Assembly (NCBI GenBank): GCA_040954595.2
Contig: CM082578.2
Coordinates: 15,732,998 to 15,796,997 of the forward strand
Source: Balanoglossus misakiensis
Taxonomy: Eukaryota; Animalia; Hemichordata
DNA length: 64,000 nt
Direction: 5' to 3'
The position numbers and the translations under genes were made by a program. Shown here piece by piece: positions 23,804-37,500 of the stretch (position 1 is the first letter of the stretch; every line of letters begins with the position of its first letter). The notes below the pieces were generated by a model that worked only from the letters and a program-made list of their open reading frames with translations, was not told the origin of the DNA and ran no database searches.

Positions 23804-25566
23804 GTAAGTTGACGACCTCGGAAATAACTAGAGTCAGAGACCTACAGATAGATCGCTCAGTGCATTCCCGATCATGGATTTCCCGGTTTACAAATATTTT
23901 CTAATAGTCGATCGCGGCTGTTGTGTTTTTATTTGTATTCAGCACGCTAGAGACACAGTGATCGGTTACTCAGGCCTATACTTAAAAACTATGCCTACCC
24001 ATCTGTTAACGCGAGTCGTAGTGGGGCATGCATGTTCGTGAAATGCACGCGGTGTTATGGTTATTGTTGCTAATAGACGCCAGTCTGCGCTGTTGCATGG
24101 ACGCACCACGCGTACCATGGTTGTTGTAATAGCGTGATCTATAATAAATAGAGCGTCGCGCAGACACGGTCAACGGTCGATCGGGGCATGACAGTCCCAT
24201 TTCCTGTAAATCTTTGTTGTCTCAAATACGCCGGATTTCCTGTCGGACTTTCAAGCACAAAACCCTAGCTTTAAATAACTCGCGGTTATGTTCGCATAAC
24301 TTTTACAAAGTGTTTTATTTTTCACACTTGAAGGACCGACACAGGTAGGTCTGTACATTTATGTCACTGACTCGCTTATATTGTATTTTACATTTTCACG
24401 CTACCCCGGGAAAATTGGCGGTCTGCTTTACTTGTAGTCCGACGTGACTCAGTAGTATTCTCACAAGCTAGGAAACCACGTTACAACCATCGCAATTTCT
24501 TAAGTAGGGTATCGCGGTTCGGCCGCCTTTGATTTTCGAAGTGTGCTATAATTATTTTTACGGTGCGGAAATTTTTATTCGTCTGTTTTTTTTTCCTTTC
24601 GCGGAGCTTCAAGGTGTTTATCTATTAACCGCATCTCTTTTCTGTCCAGCGAACGATGCTAAATGCAACTTTGGCGGCAGACTTCGTTAAACAAATTGAC
24701 TACTGCTACCGATGATCATTACACGCGACAATGTGCTATTTTTGCGCGTAATCATGTTAAAACGCTTTCTTTTTTGTTACATTGTTTCTTCTAGTACTCT
24801 GTGTGATTGCCACTTATCTTTTATAATGGGTTCACAAACAATACCCGGTATTGAAATTACTGATAATGGCCACACCTCACAATGATTCAGTCTGTTGATT
24901 ACAACTTTCTGCCCTGATACCATAATCAAATTTTCCCCAGCCTTTCGGATTACCGATTGTTAATGTGATTAGCAAGAATAACTGTCACACCTCAAGGTCA
25001 TATTTGTTCAGGTTTTTAATCTGCCGCGCACAGTAGCCATCGATGTACACGCCCAACCAAATAATTACGTTTGTCACGGCCACCGAATTTCGCGTCCGTT
25101 TAACCAGAGTGTCAATTCGTAAACTTTGCTTCAGCATTAGTCTAGTATGTAGCCGTGTTTTTTTTAGTCCACTTTGCTCCGAAACTACCAGCGGACAGAA
25201 TATGGCTGGAAACTAGACTACTCCGACATGAGCCCCATCACAACATAGTTGGCACAGCCTAGAAAGTGAAGGATGCATTCTAGACAGGACTATAACAAAC
25301 TTTATGCAAGCGAAGAATTGTGACTGCATGATTAGAAACAGCAGTGGCAGTTATCAGACTGTGCAGTGGTGCACACACCATGAGTCATACAAATGGATGG
25401 GCAGTGCTTCAAGTTGAATTCAACTCACTGAATCCTCTCTTCTTTTTGTTTTCTTCACAGTGCATTGTCAAAGTATTGTTATAGAAGTGTCCACTGTAGA
25501 AGTTCTAAAGTGAACCCAGGCAATCAAGGAACAGTTGCATCGTACTGTGCACAGAAAGCAGCCAAT

Positions 25567-28500
25567 ATGCTGACTGATAGACAACTTCCACATTCAGAGG
25601 ACAGCAGACAGGCGATCAAAAGACATTTCGATGAAACAAACGGTGAGTGACAAGTCTTCCCACAATGCATCTGTAAAACATGACTCTCTGACACCTGGAT
25701 GTTCCTTTGACTCATCCAATCGGATGGGACTTAAACCGACTCTTCCTACACCTGTCCGACACACAGAAAACATTTGTCAATTTTAGAACTATTAATCATC
25801 AATTGATATTGATACTCATGAGGAGAGCTAAATGCCTTGGTTTCAATGAAACTTCCTGTTTTTTCGCCTCTCTCTTAACTACTACAAAATGTAGTATCTT
25901 CAGTTTCTATGGTTTCATTTCAGACAGAGTTGTCCATTATACCCTTTTGACAAAAATCAAACCTTAATCCTCTGGGGTATGTTTAAAGGGTGTTCCACTT
26001 GTTCAGTGGGTGTCACAGGTCAACAGTTTGTACTAGGACCACTTCCTGTATTAATCATTGGGGCACAATCACCCAAAGGAACCACAAATATGCCTTCACT
26101 TGAAATTCTGGTGTTGACTGAACTCTATTGTTGTCTCAACACAACTACTGTTTCTCTTCAAAGGCTTTCCTGTTCGCTCTTCACATCCAGGGGGGGGGAG
26201 GGGGTGTAATCACCAGTTGCCATGTTGCCATGGAAACAGTTTGAATATATATCTATGTAAAAATCTGATGAGAATTATTGCATCTGCTGGTAATTATGCA
26301 TAGTCTGTCATATTATTATGCCTACTATCACAGTGTTTATAAAGGAAAAAAAATCTGGTTTGTAATAGATAAGGGCCTAGACCACCCCTCTGACTGCAGT
26401 TTCATTGGTATCAACCATTCTGTATGGATTTGTTGTGAGGTAGCAAAATTTCAGGGTGGTTGGGTGGTACATGGATGGAATGGTATTGTGGGGGTAGGGG
26501 TTGGCAGTAAATTTATGTGATCAGTTTGGCGGTGTGAGATGTGAATGGTTATACACAGAAACCAGAAGTGACATGTCTGAGTATTTGCATCCAGTCAGGA
26601 CGTGGTCTGGAAGTTTTTGGCAAGAAGAGAAAAAAAGGAGGAAGTCTGTGTCTGGCTGTTGGTTATTTTTGTTGAATTGACAACCTGGTGCCTGAACACA
26701 ACTATTCTGTTGTGGGAAGTGGGAATATTGCAAATCATAGCAAGGCAAAGTGTACAGTGCTTGTGTACTGCACTGCACTGGACCATCAATGCACAGTTTA
26801 CAACCCGGCCACTGACACTTATACGACAGTCATGAACAGAACTAATGCGCAATGGACACATTCGTGACTGAAGTGGATGGGATTGCTGTTATCTCGTGAC
26901 CTTTCACCTCTTCTGTCCATCTACTTGTCCAGGCATGTTTTTGGGGGGGGCGGCTAGTCGAATTGTTTTTCATCAACATTTCGCAATAATTGAACTTTTG
27001 CCAAGTTAGTCTCTCGGTCAGGGTTTTCCGGTGTACATGATACTTACCAGCACTGCCTTTGTACATGTATGTTCCTTGTGTGGCAAATTTAGTCATGGTT
27101 AAATCCTACTTTGCTCAGTAGATTTTTAAAGTGATCTGAAAATGAACAAAATATATTTTATTTATTTATTTATCTTGATAATTTTTCTGGTCTGAGGATC
27201 CAGCTCTATCATTGCAGTTTAATGTTTAGAATGATAAAATTGATCATAGCAGTATCACATTATGATGTACATATGTAAAAAGGATGATGCAAGTTGACTG
27301 ATTTTATACTGTAAGGTGATCACCAACTTCCCCTAGCTCGAGAAATTTCCATGCCCATCATGCACACTAGTGTTAAAAGCACAGGGTATTCCAGGTTACT
27401 GAACCACAATAGGCTCTTCCGTAACTCTGGGATGGGGGCGGTGGTGGTGCCCTCGACATTTCCAAAAGTTGAACTGAAGTCAATCGGTCATGGTGGGTCC
27501 ACTGTGCAGCATGTCACTAATATAAAGTGGATAGCCAATGGCAAAAATTGTCCACAAGAACAATGTTTTGAAAGACAACAATTATGCTATTTTTGCTCTC
27601 TGCGATCTAGGGAATACGAGTCTCCAGGGGAAACAAAAGACCCAATTTGTCTTATTATTTGACGCAGGAACAATCGGAACTGTGAGATTAATGCTGCTAA
27701 TCTAGATGGAAAAAAAAGAGGATTGTTTGTCGAAAGTTGCTGGTGATGCACATCAGAGCTTGTTTTTTGCATAAATTTATGTTGTTTTTGCTTTTTTAAG
27801 CACAAGTGGAAGTCTTGAAGGTTGAATCATCAAATGGCGCAGATAATAGAATTTATCGGGTTGTTGCACAGCGCTATGTCAAATAAAGGCTTTCAGTGGA
27901 AAGGTTGTCATCTATTGTTCTCACTTCCTGTGCCCTTCAGAGAACAGACTCCCTGCAATTCAACAATAGTCTCTGCTGCTATTGTCGCATACCATCTCTG
28001 TATCTGCAAATGTCACTGACATCTACACCCACAGACTGAGCTCTCCGGAAAAAAATATTGCGTGCCAATTACAAAAAAAAGTCTAACCGAAGACTGGAGA
28101 TGGGGTATTTGCGAAATGCAGGGTTACCACGGAAACATTGTTGTGACTTGATCCACTGTTGAGTACAGGAAATGGGGGCAACATTTAACCTTGATGCAAT
28201 AAAGGAAACTGTGATAAGACAATGAACCTTGAAACTGTGAAATATTGCATGAGTAGCGGATAAGGAAACAAGTTTTATTGTCAGTTGACAAGATGCCCTA
28301 CTTGAAACAGTGTTTAGATGTACACGAGAGACATAGAGTAGACAATACATGACTGGCGTAGTATTCAAATGCAGGTGTACAAGTGTTGGCACATATCGAG
28401 TTGAATGTCTTACGAGATGTCTCTGACTCGTCTTGGTAGTCCATTTAATAATGTCATCTACTGCTGCACAGAACTGTGTGTATGATTGATGGAGTTCATC

Positions 28501-31500
28501 AAACACCTTAATTAATCATCTAATTAATTTGTGTATCATCTTTCTACTTGAGTCTTATGTACTGTATTCAGAAAGTAACAATGGGGCGGACAGTAGTCAT
28601 TCACTGAGGAAATTAAACTTTCCAATGATTTTATAAGTGGGGATCTCTTTACCCAGTGTAAGGTGCAACCAGGCAGAGTTGTGTCAACGAATTCTTTGTC
28701 ATTTCGCTTTCAGACTTGCTGATTGTATTTGATGTGGAGTTTATGAAAAGAATAAACTTAGCGCTCAGTGTGTTTTCATCTTCATAGATTCTGTGAATTT
28801 TTCTCAGAGTGAATTGATTGTAGCTAAACCAATCACTTGTGGCTGGATCATGTTGACAGATGTTCGCAAATATTTTCAAACCATAAATACATTTTACTGT
28901 TAATTTCCATAATTTATGTGGTCCTGGTGTCAACTTGTAAATGTACTCTAAAGTGTCCATGCTATGGAAATTATGCCAGATCCGAACATGTGTTGCAAGT
29001 AGCGTTGATAAGCATTTAGTGATTAGCTTCCAGTGGTTGTCATGGTGATAGGTTTTCGATACCTAAGAATGTGATAGCCGCGCACCGGTGTAATCCAAAA
29101 GAATATCAGACTGTAGTGGGTTTTGCCATGGTGTTGCATCAAAGCAGCAAGTGTGTCCACTTTGAGAGATTTTTCCGACTCACAGTGACGGAAAAACGCG
29201 ACCGGTAATACAGATTCTATGCAGACTAAACAGCATAAGGCGGCACTTCACTCAGGAGCTTTGCAAATATTTGCTGTGGAAGAAATATGATTTGCCAGCG
29301 GAAACTAACCCTGCTTGACAAAGGGAGAAATCAAACATGTCTTAAGAACCAGTGCACACTGGCACACACATCTGTCAAATGTACCGAAAGGGTAACAGCT
29401 GCAAATGTGTAGAATTAGAGCAAATTAAGCTGCTCAGTTGCCATGGCATTTTTAACGTGAGATAAAAATTGGATGAGAACGGAAGGGCTTTTTGGTTTGC
29501 ACCTTCCGTTTCTGTTCTGATGACAAGAGTTGTGTTGTAGTGATCAATATGATCTAGCAACCACTCTATTAAATTGAATTTTACAGCAATATGTGGTGGG
29601 GTTGGTTGCTAGGGGTGGTCGTCATGGGCGGTTGCTACGTGAGCAACTTTTATATTCTGTAACTCTACCAGTCGAACTCTAACATTTACTTTTTTCCAAC
29701 TCTGACTGACAGTTTCCATATTTTTTCATTTTTTTTCCAGATTCTAAAGATGGATTGTTGACAGATACATCTGCGAAGCGTAGATGTCTGCCTCCATTTG
29801 TCAAACCAAAAGGTATGTCTTTTCTTTTTTTGTCAAGAATATAGATAGTTTCCACATGCATATTCTATATTGCCATCCACACTCTTTATATTTGTACATA
29901 CAAGTTGATATGTTTTCTATTTAAATGACCTTCCAAGTTTGTTTTCTCATTTCTGATGCTTGGCTGTATTTGTCCAAGGTCTGCTTTGTCATTTTTGTTG
30001 TATGACTTGTCAAGAATGATTGTTGGGCGAAAATAAACAAATAAATGGAATATTTCAAAATGGACACAGAATGGACAGTCTGTCAATTTTAACCACAGAA
30101 CTTTTGACCTCTGCTAATAGAGACAGGTGGGTGTGTATATGCTGTGTGTGTGTGTGAGACCACCCCATATGTTGAAGTCCTAAAGCTAGTTTCTTATCTA
30201 CAAAACCTATTGGCAAATTTGCCATGCTTTAAGCATGATACAATAGTTTAAATAAACAGGATATTTGTCTAACTGATACTTCCTGTTCCTGTGTGTACTG
30301 AATTGCCAGATTGATAAGGCAATGAAGCAGATATTGAATTGCATATGGATATTAAAACTTTTATTAATATGTAGGCATTTAGGCTGCATTTCTGTTTAGT
30401 TAGTAAAAACCATATGGAGTAAAAACGGATTTCATCTGTCTGAAGCTCTCTACACTTGTGTCATCTTCCATCATTTTACCATACAAAAGACATCCATCAC
30501 TTCCAGACAACTTGTTGATTTTTTTCAAGGCATTATTTCCCTGCCCAGCTCTTGATTTTAAAAAAAATGCCAGTTCCTTAAAAACAGCTACTGACAATGT
30601 GATGTCGTACGTGATTTTCCCATCTGCAGGCAATCACTGATTTGCCCACATGACATTTAACGCAAAAAGAACCTTCCACAAACAGGTTTCTTTTTAAGGT
30701 CATTCAGGTAATTTTGTCCAGCTGCATGTTCACAGGCAATCTATGTCCACCATTTGAAACCTGCAAGGAATTGATGAGTGTAATGCTGGGAAACTATCAT
30801 CTCCCGGCTTTGCAAATCAGAGCGTTATACAACTTCCTCCCCTATCATCATCTTGTTTGTCACACTACTGTTCTGACCTGAAAAACCACCCAGTAATCTC
30901 ACAGTTCCAAACCCGCCATAAATCAAACTCCTTGGTGACTGATCCTCTCAAATTCAGACTCTCTCTCTCTCTCTCTCTGAGACCGCCACTTTTATTGAGC
31001 TGACATCACAGTCACAATCAGCAGATTAAACTCAAAATGTATCACTTCCTGTTTTGAAAAAAAAATCCCCTATTTTATTGCCCATTGACTGTGAAATCCT
31101 GCATTAATATTTTCACACTTTCTCTAATCACAGCTGTGACTTGATTCCTTTTAATATTAAGCTGATAATGTCTCATACATTCAGTTTGAAAGATGTGTTG
31201 CAGAACTTTTGCCATTTCAGTTAGATCAGTCATGTGAGGAGTTAGGAAAAAGTTGAGGATGAAAAACGTTTGAAGTCTGGAAGTGATGTGAGCTATTAAC
31301 CTAGGTGCCAGTGAAAATCAAAGGTTTTCCAAACTTTAGTTACAAAATAATTTGAGCAATCACAGGAACTATAGCAATAAATATTGCAAGAACCAGAAAT
31401 ATGCTTGATCAATAAAAAAAAATACTGACTTAACAAAGGAAGTAAAATTGCTGAAATAATATTTCGGAGAGTGACTTGCATCCTGCAGGACAGTGACCCC

Positions 31501-34500
31501 GGTGATGCCTGATTCCTGTGAGGTAGAAATACAAGCTTTATGGTTTGAAATAATACCAGCATTGAGTGGGTGACTGCAGCTGACTCATATGCCATCCGTG
31601 CTACCACTGTGCTTTGCTTTAACACAAACACCCACCATTGCATCCCAGGGTCCATTTTTCATTCTCTGAATATACAAGCAATCGCAGGATGCATGTCAGT
31701 TTCCTGTTCAGAAAATGGTTTTAAGTGAAATTGATGTTTTGATCTTGGACGCACCATTTGCTGGTGATTCCTCTTTATTGCTAAAATTTTGCATTTTTTC
31801 CCAAAATGTCGGTCTCCGCCAAATTGACCTCAAATGTAGCACTTTCTAGTTGTTGTTATAATCTTGCCACAGCATTTTCCTGTAAAAGTGATTTTGTTGT
31901 CTCTGGGACACATGATTAAATTTCACTGAATGAATCAGCCAAAGCTAAACCCTGATAGTTTTCACATGCATGTCTGGCTCTGATTTCCAGGGTTGTACCC
32001 AGGCCACTCTTATTGCCGGCTGCTGCAGGACTGGAAAGGTCAAAAGTCACCAATTAAAGACAAATTCAGACAAATTTAATTTCCCCTATCTTTCTCTGCA
32101 CATCCTGTTAGAGGAAATTCAATAGTATAATCTGCTGAAAGCATTGCCTGGGGTTCCGTGTTTGACAGCAAATAATGATATCAGGCTAATATCCCAAAAT
32201 GCAAGCAAGATGGCATCTTTTACACATAGAACACAGACACCCACACCGTAAAAGCACATCCGTGATTGGTTTACCGATGGCCTAAAACCAAGGTAGTGCT
32301 TTTTACAGCAACGGGATAATGGCATGAACTTTGATGGGTTTTTGCTTTTTCGTCTGTCCTTATCGTCTTGACTGGCCAATCAAGTCGTGATCTTCGATGA
32401 GTCTGTGGTCGTTGTGGCTAAGCAAATCCACTTTTACCTATAATTCATTTGTGTGCTACTAACTTCTGCAGATTAAAGAATACTTTCTAGTTGCAGATCA
32501 GCGATGAGAACTTTTTGAATTAAAAAGCCTCACTCTTTCACCATCAGTCCAGAAACTACATTAGGTACAGGGTGTAATGTAATTCCCACTATCTGACACA
32601 AATAAATTAAATTTCAATCAAAAAATCAGGTTATCCAAAAAGCAGAGGTAAAATAATCACATTGTGGAGCTCAGCTTTTTTTATATGGTAACATCAAAGA
32701 CTGCCCACTATCCAAAGCAATTTTCAGCATGTGTCCTATTGTAGACTTTTGAAAAAACAAGGCACACGCTGCCAGCGTAATGACCTGAGTCAGAAAATCC
32801 CTAAATTTAGTGAAAAAAAAGAGGAGTAATAAGATTACATGGTGAGTAAGAGAAGAATGGCCCACAGGAAATTACAGATAATCAAATTACTGTTTAATGA
32901 ATTTGGATACTCAGTGTTTGGATATCATTTTCATTTCCAAGTTTCATATCATCAAAGTGGCAAGAAGACTCCGTCGCAATTTGATTGTGCATCTATCTTC
33001 ATGGTACTTTACAGACAACTACATTTTCAGAAATTGTTCAATATACAGGAGTATGAATAAATTGTATGGTTATTATAACTTTTCTATGTGTTGAATAATT
33101 TGAGAAAAATAAAACTTTTTCTGAGATAAAGTGTTTTACAAATGACTATACATGCATTGAAGCAAGCGTTGAAATTTTCTTTCCTGATGCATATGGCATA
33201 AAAAGTGTCAAACCTTGAAATGAGAGTGTGAGTCAACACTTTCGGTGCTGAACTGCTAACATATCTGGAGATAACACTGCCAAGTATCAAAGCAGTAGTG
33301 GATGTTGTGTGTACATTGTAATGATTGAGTTACACTTGTATGCAGAGCACCACCTAGTGTTTAATGGGTCATGTGATTACACTAGTCCAATCAACTAATG
33401 AGCCATTTTACTATTATCAGTTACAATTGTGGCGCTCTTTAATCTAATAAGGAAGTGATACTGTGTCTAGGTGCGCCACTCTGTGTATAACATAAAACCC
33501 CCCTTCACTTATTACCCCTATACAATCTCTTTGCTGTAAACCCCATTAGTGGAATGAGTCAATGGCTGTCTCAATATTTAGATCACTGAAAAGCCAACCT
33601 GTCCTCTGCTTCTAAGTTTTATCTTACTCCTATGTACTTACACATATCAGCACTACTCTCGCTGTAGGACTACAAAAGCCAACAAATATTTAAAAAAAAA
33701 ATTGTTATTACTCATATAATTAACAAAATAACAAAAAGTCATTCATTCATTTATTCATTTGTTTGTCATGTGTGTCTGTCGATTAGGTTCCACCCCTATA
33801 ACCTAATGGAATGCCCATGCACTAATTCCACCCCTATATCCTAATGGAATGCCCCTGGAGTAATTCACAGCCTGACAACTCTTCATCCATCGGAAGAGAT
33901 TATTTTGTGAAGCAGGTCTTTACAGATATTTTATGTGTTTCTAATCTGTTGTAGTAAAACACTTCTTCCTCACTTGTAATAGCTCGAAACTTTCAAATAA
34001 CTAAAAGGTCTCCTACTAACTGATATGTGTAACGTACATTGTCAGTTCAGATCTGCGTGCAGGGTGATTGGCAATGCTATGCCAAGCCTTGTCAGTATTC
34101 AACTAACACCAAACCCTAAATTAAAATAAGTCTAAGTCAAATTCATACATCAAAGTTTTCTACATTTTTATTTTTTAAATAAAAATTGCCAAGAAAATAA
34201 TTTATTTTTGAGCTTCCGTATAATAAACTTACTTTAATACTAGGACTAACTTCAAGTGAATCCATTCTAGAGTCCACGAGACAATCTAGGTTTTGTAATC
34301 AATGTCACCTCGTAATCTCATTTCAGCAGAAAAGAGGAAGAAATTTCATTACATAGTACTTCTTGATTGTAGCCAGGGAAGTGGGTGAAATTGCAATCAA
34401 ATTAGAAGCACTTCCAGTGTTCCATGAAAACAGGAAGTTTTTTACCTTCTGTTATTTCATCTGAAGTGGAGTTTTTGTCATTACAACGCTGCACTGTCTG

Positions 34501-37500
34501 TCAGCAGATCTAGATGACACCGAGTGATCAGTGTTTTGCGCTGTGGTTGCATGTCTCCAAGTGAATTACGATCCACAATCTCGAAATGTATTAAGAGAGT
34601 GGCCCGGCTCGGGGCAAACCTGGGCACATGGTCCATCTTCATTACAACGTGTTAGTCTGTGATTGCAGTGGATTTTTTCATGGTTGTGCCCAGTTATCAG
34701 CAGTCGGGGAAAAGGCTTGACTGGTCAGACGCATCAATTAAACTGTCAAAAATAATGATAGAAGGTCGTTTGTCTTTGATGTCTGACTTGTGAGCAGCTT
34801 CTTCATTCGCATCATGTAGCTTCGGTAATTAGACTTTGTAGCCGTTCAGTTTGCATCAAATCACTGTGAACGAAACTTTGATTTCATCTCAACAGTCTTG
34901 TAACACTCTAGTAGCAAATCACCACTTGACAGAAAATTCAAATGTTTGTTAGTTCAGAATTTCTCATGTGACACCTCATTTTAAATAGTTTCATAAAAAC
35001 CATGTAGTTTATATGAATTTTGGAGCCAATATTATTCCATGTAAGTAAATCGCAAAAGATTATTATATGTCTATAATGTTATTTTCATTCAAAATTAAAT
35101 CACAAACAGCCAGATCGCGAACTTCCCTCCAGAATAATTAATATAGGTGTGTTTGGGGAGTTCAACTACTCTGTCAGAAGAACAGACAGAACCCTGCACA
35201 TGAGCTGCAGCCCTGATGTTTCCTTAACCGCATCTGACAAGTGGGGGTTAAAATATGAATGTTTATTGTTGCTCCGACGAAAAAGAAAGGTAGACAAGTA
35301 CTTTGAACGGCGCATGTTTGATGTGAACTCCGACCTAACCGCTTTAGAGCAAATGAACTGTCGGGGGAGACTAATGGCACAATTCATGCTTAGATGGACC
35401 CTTAATTATAGATTAAATGGTTTGATATTCAGTGAACATTGAGAATGATTAAACTTTTCCTTGTCAATTTGCCAGACATGATTACTCAGGCACCGCACGG
35501 AAAGAGAAGTGCTTGCGGAATCAAAGGACCCTCTTAGATCACTGGAAATTCCCGAATTCAATCCCGCAGCAATATCATCACAGCTAAAGCCATAAATTTT
35601 TTAATTTGTCAATCGACAGGCTGGCAAATTTTGCCGTGAAAATACAACATGTAAAGGCCAGTTCCCAGGTGTGTGTATGGCTTCGGGGCTTGGAATTGAT
35701 CAAGTAGTTTGCTAATCCGACCGAAGGTTGTTTTTCTAATCGGAAGCCAACATATCGCCCGGAGGGATGGTTTACTGTGATCTTATTCTCATTAGATGCG
35801 TAAAGGAAGAGATTAGTCAGGTTGAGCCACCGAGAATCCATTGATTTTTCTTTAATGTTTCCTTCTCCATGGTTTAGCACCTCCTGAACACAAATTAAAT
35901 TTCCTCCCATGCCAAAATGATGGACACTACAATGGGATAATCATACGGATTAACTCAACCAAGTCAGGATGAGGGACTCAGGAAATGAAAACCCAGTGTA
36001 CATGCACAATATCTCATGAAAAAATTGACATACGAGTCCATGCATGCATCCAGTCTTGCACTCAATTTTAAAGGTTTTTGTATTGAACGTACATCGTTGC
36101 CTGATTGATCAATCCAATTATGTTAACCAGACATATGTGTGATGTATACAATTTTGAGTCATTAATTAAAAGCAATATATGTGTTCACAAATGGACGTTT
36201 TCCTTAACGTGTCTATCGTGTTACACCTGGAGTATCACACACTGAAGTACTGTATACACACTTATTGGCAATATTATCCTTGCAGAGATGCAATCTAATA
36301 TCCCTCCTCTCCCGTGTTTGGCCATTAATTTAATCACCTTAGTTTGATGAGAGATATAATCAACTAAGCTTTACTCAGAGGCTTAATGTCAACTAAGCTT
36401 GCTGGCGGGATTTAAAGCTGTAAAAGCTAGGCATAACTGTTGCATACCGTCACGATGTACACTTGACTATCATTCGGCATCTATTATCTTGTCCCCTTTC
36501 TGAACCTGGAACTATTCTCTTGTAGAACTCGGCTCCAAATCTCACGACTGTTTGTGGCTTGATCGGTCAGCCGACATTTCCATAATGTGATGAGCATGGA
36601 ACATGGCCCATGGCATTATTCAGTGGTGGTTGTATATTGGACACCTTCTTTAGCTGTCAACCAGTATTACACTACCAAAACATTGTCACTTCAGTCTTTC
36701 AAAGTAAAAAGGAAGACCATACCAGTGTTTTCTGACATTTTCGATTGCAAGAAAAGCAGAAAACAGGAAATGTTTTTTATTTGAGATTTTTGACCACCCA
36801 ACGACCCAGCAAGGAATTATAGATACATCTTCCTTTCTTGCATTTTACAATTACCGGTGAAGTTCACTGTAGGTTTTCATTGTGCTTTTATTTAGCAATT
36901 TGACATTTCGAAAGTGAATCCAACAAAATACAGTAGCTCACAGTCTGGCTGTATATAGTAGCATTGCAAGGACAAACCGGGGATACAAATCTTAATTATT
37001 CTGTTGAAAAACAAAACAACAACAGGAAGTCAGTTTGATATGACTAATTAATGTCAAAAAGCTGAGAATTTTGGGTGGCTTATTCTAAACTGAAACCATA
37101 GTTGGAATAGAGGTAGACTGCATTAATGAACGAGGTACGAATTATCATGACCTCTGAAATATTTTACTGGGGTTACGAAGGCCAGGCGCAGTATATAAAA
37201 GGCCATGAGGCTGATTAAGTTGCTCATTACAACTGTATCTCCGCTCAAGTCTTCATCAAGTTCTTGACTTCCACCGTTTGGAGATTACACTTTAGTGCGT
37301 CTGCCAGGGTAGCATCACGATGTTTCCAAAGTCACACTTGCTTGCTGACAGGCTGCTGTGTTACAGTAAATCTAGCGGACATGTTTTCTCAACATGTTTT
37401 CGTGAGATGATTGGTAGGAACCTACTTCAATAATGCTTTTTTTTCAGGTCATTATTAGCAGTTAATACTTTGTGATTTTGTGATTTGTAAACTGCTTTCT

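Noticed and set aside
28069-28506. 145-aa - strand ORF in an ELK intron
   Set aside because: Non-ATG start; no transposase/RT or other motifs.
33788-33863. Tandem 38-bp units (and the 47.7-kb repeat pair) as a CRISPR-like array
   Set aside because: Only two units, no unique-spacer pattern, eukaryotic context.
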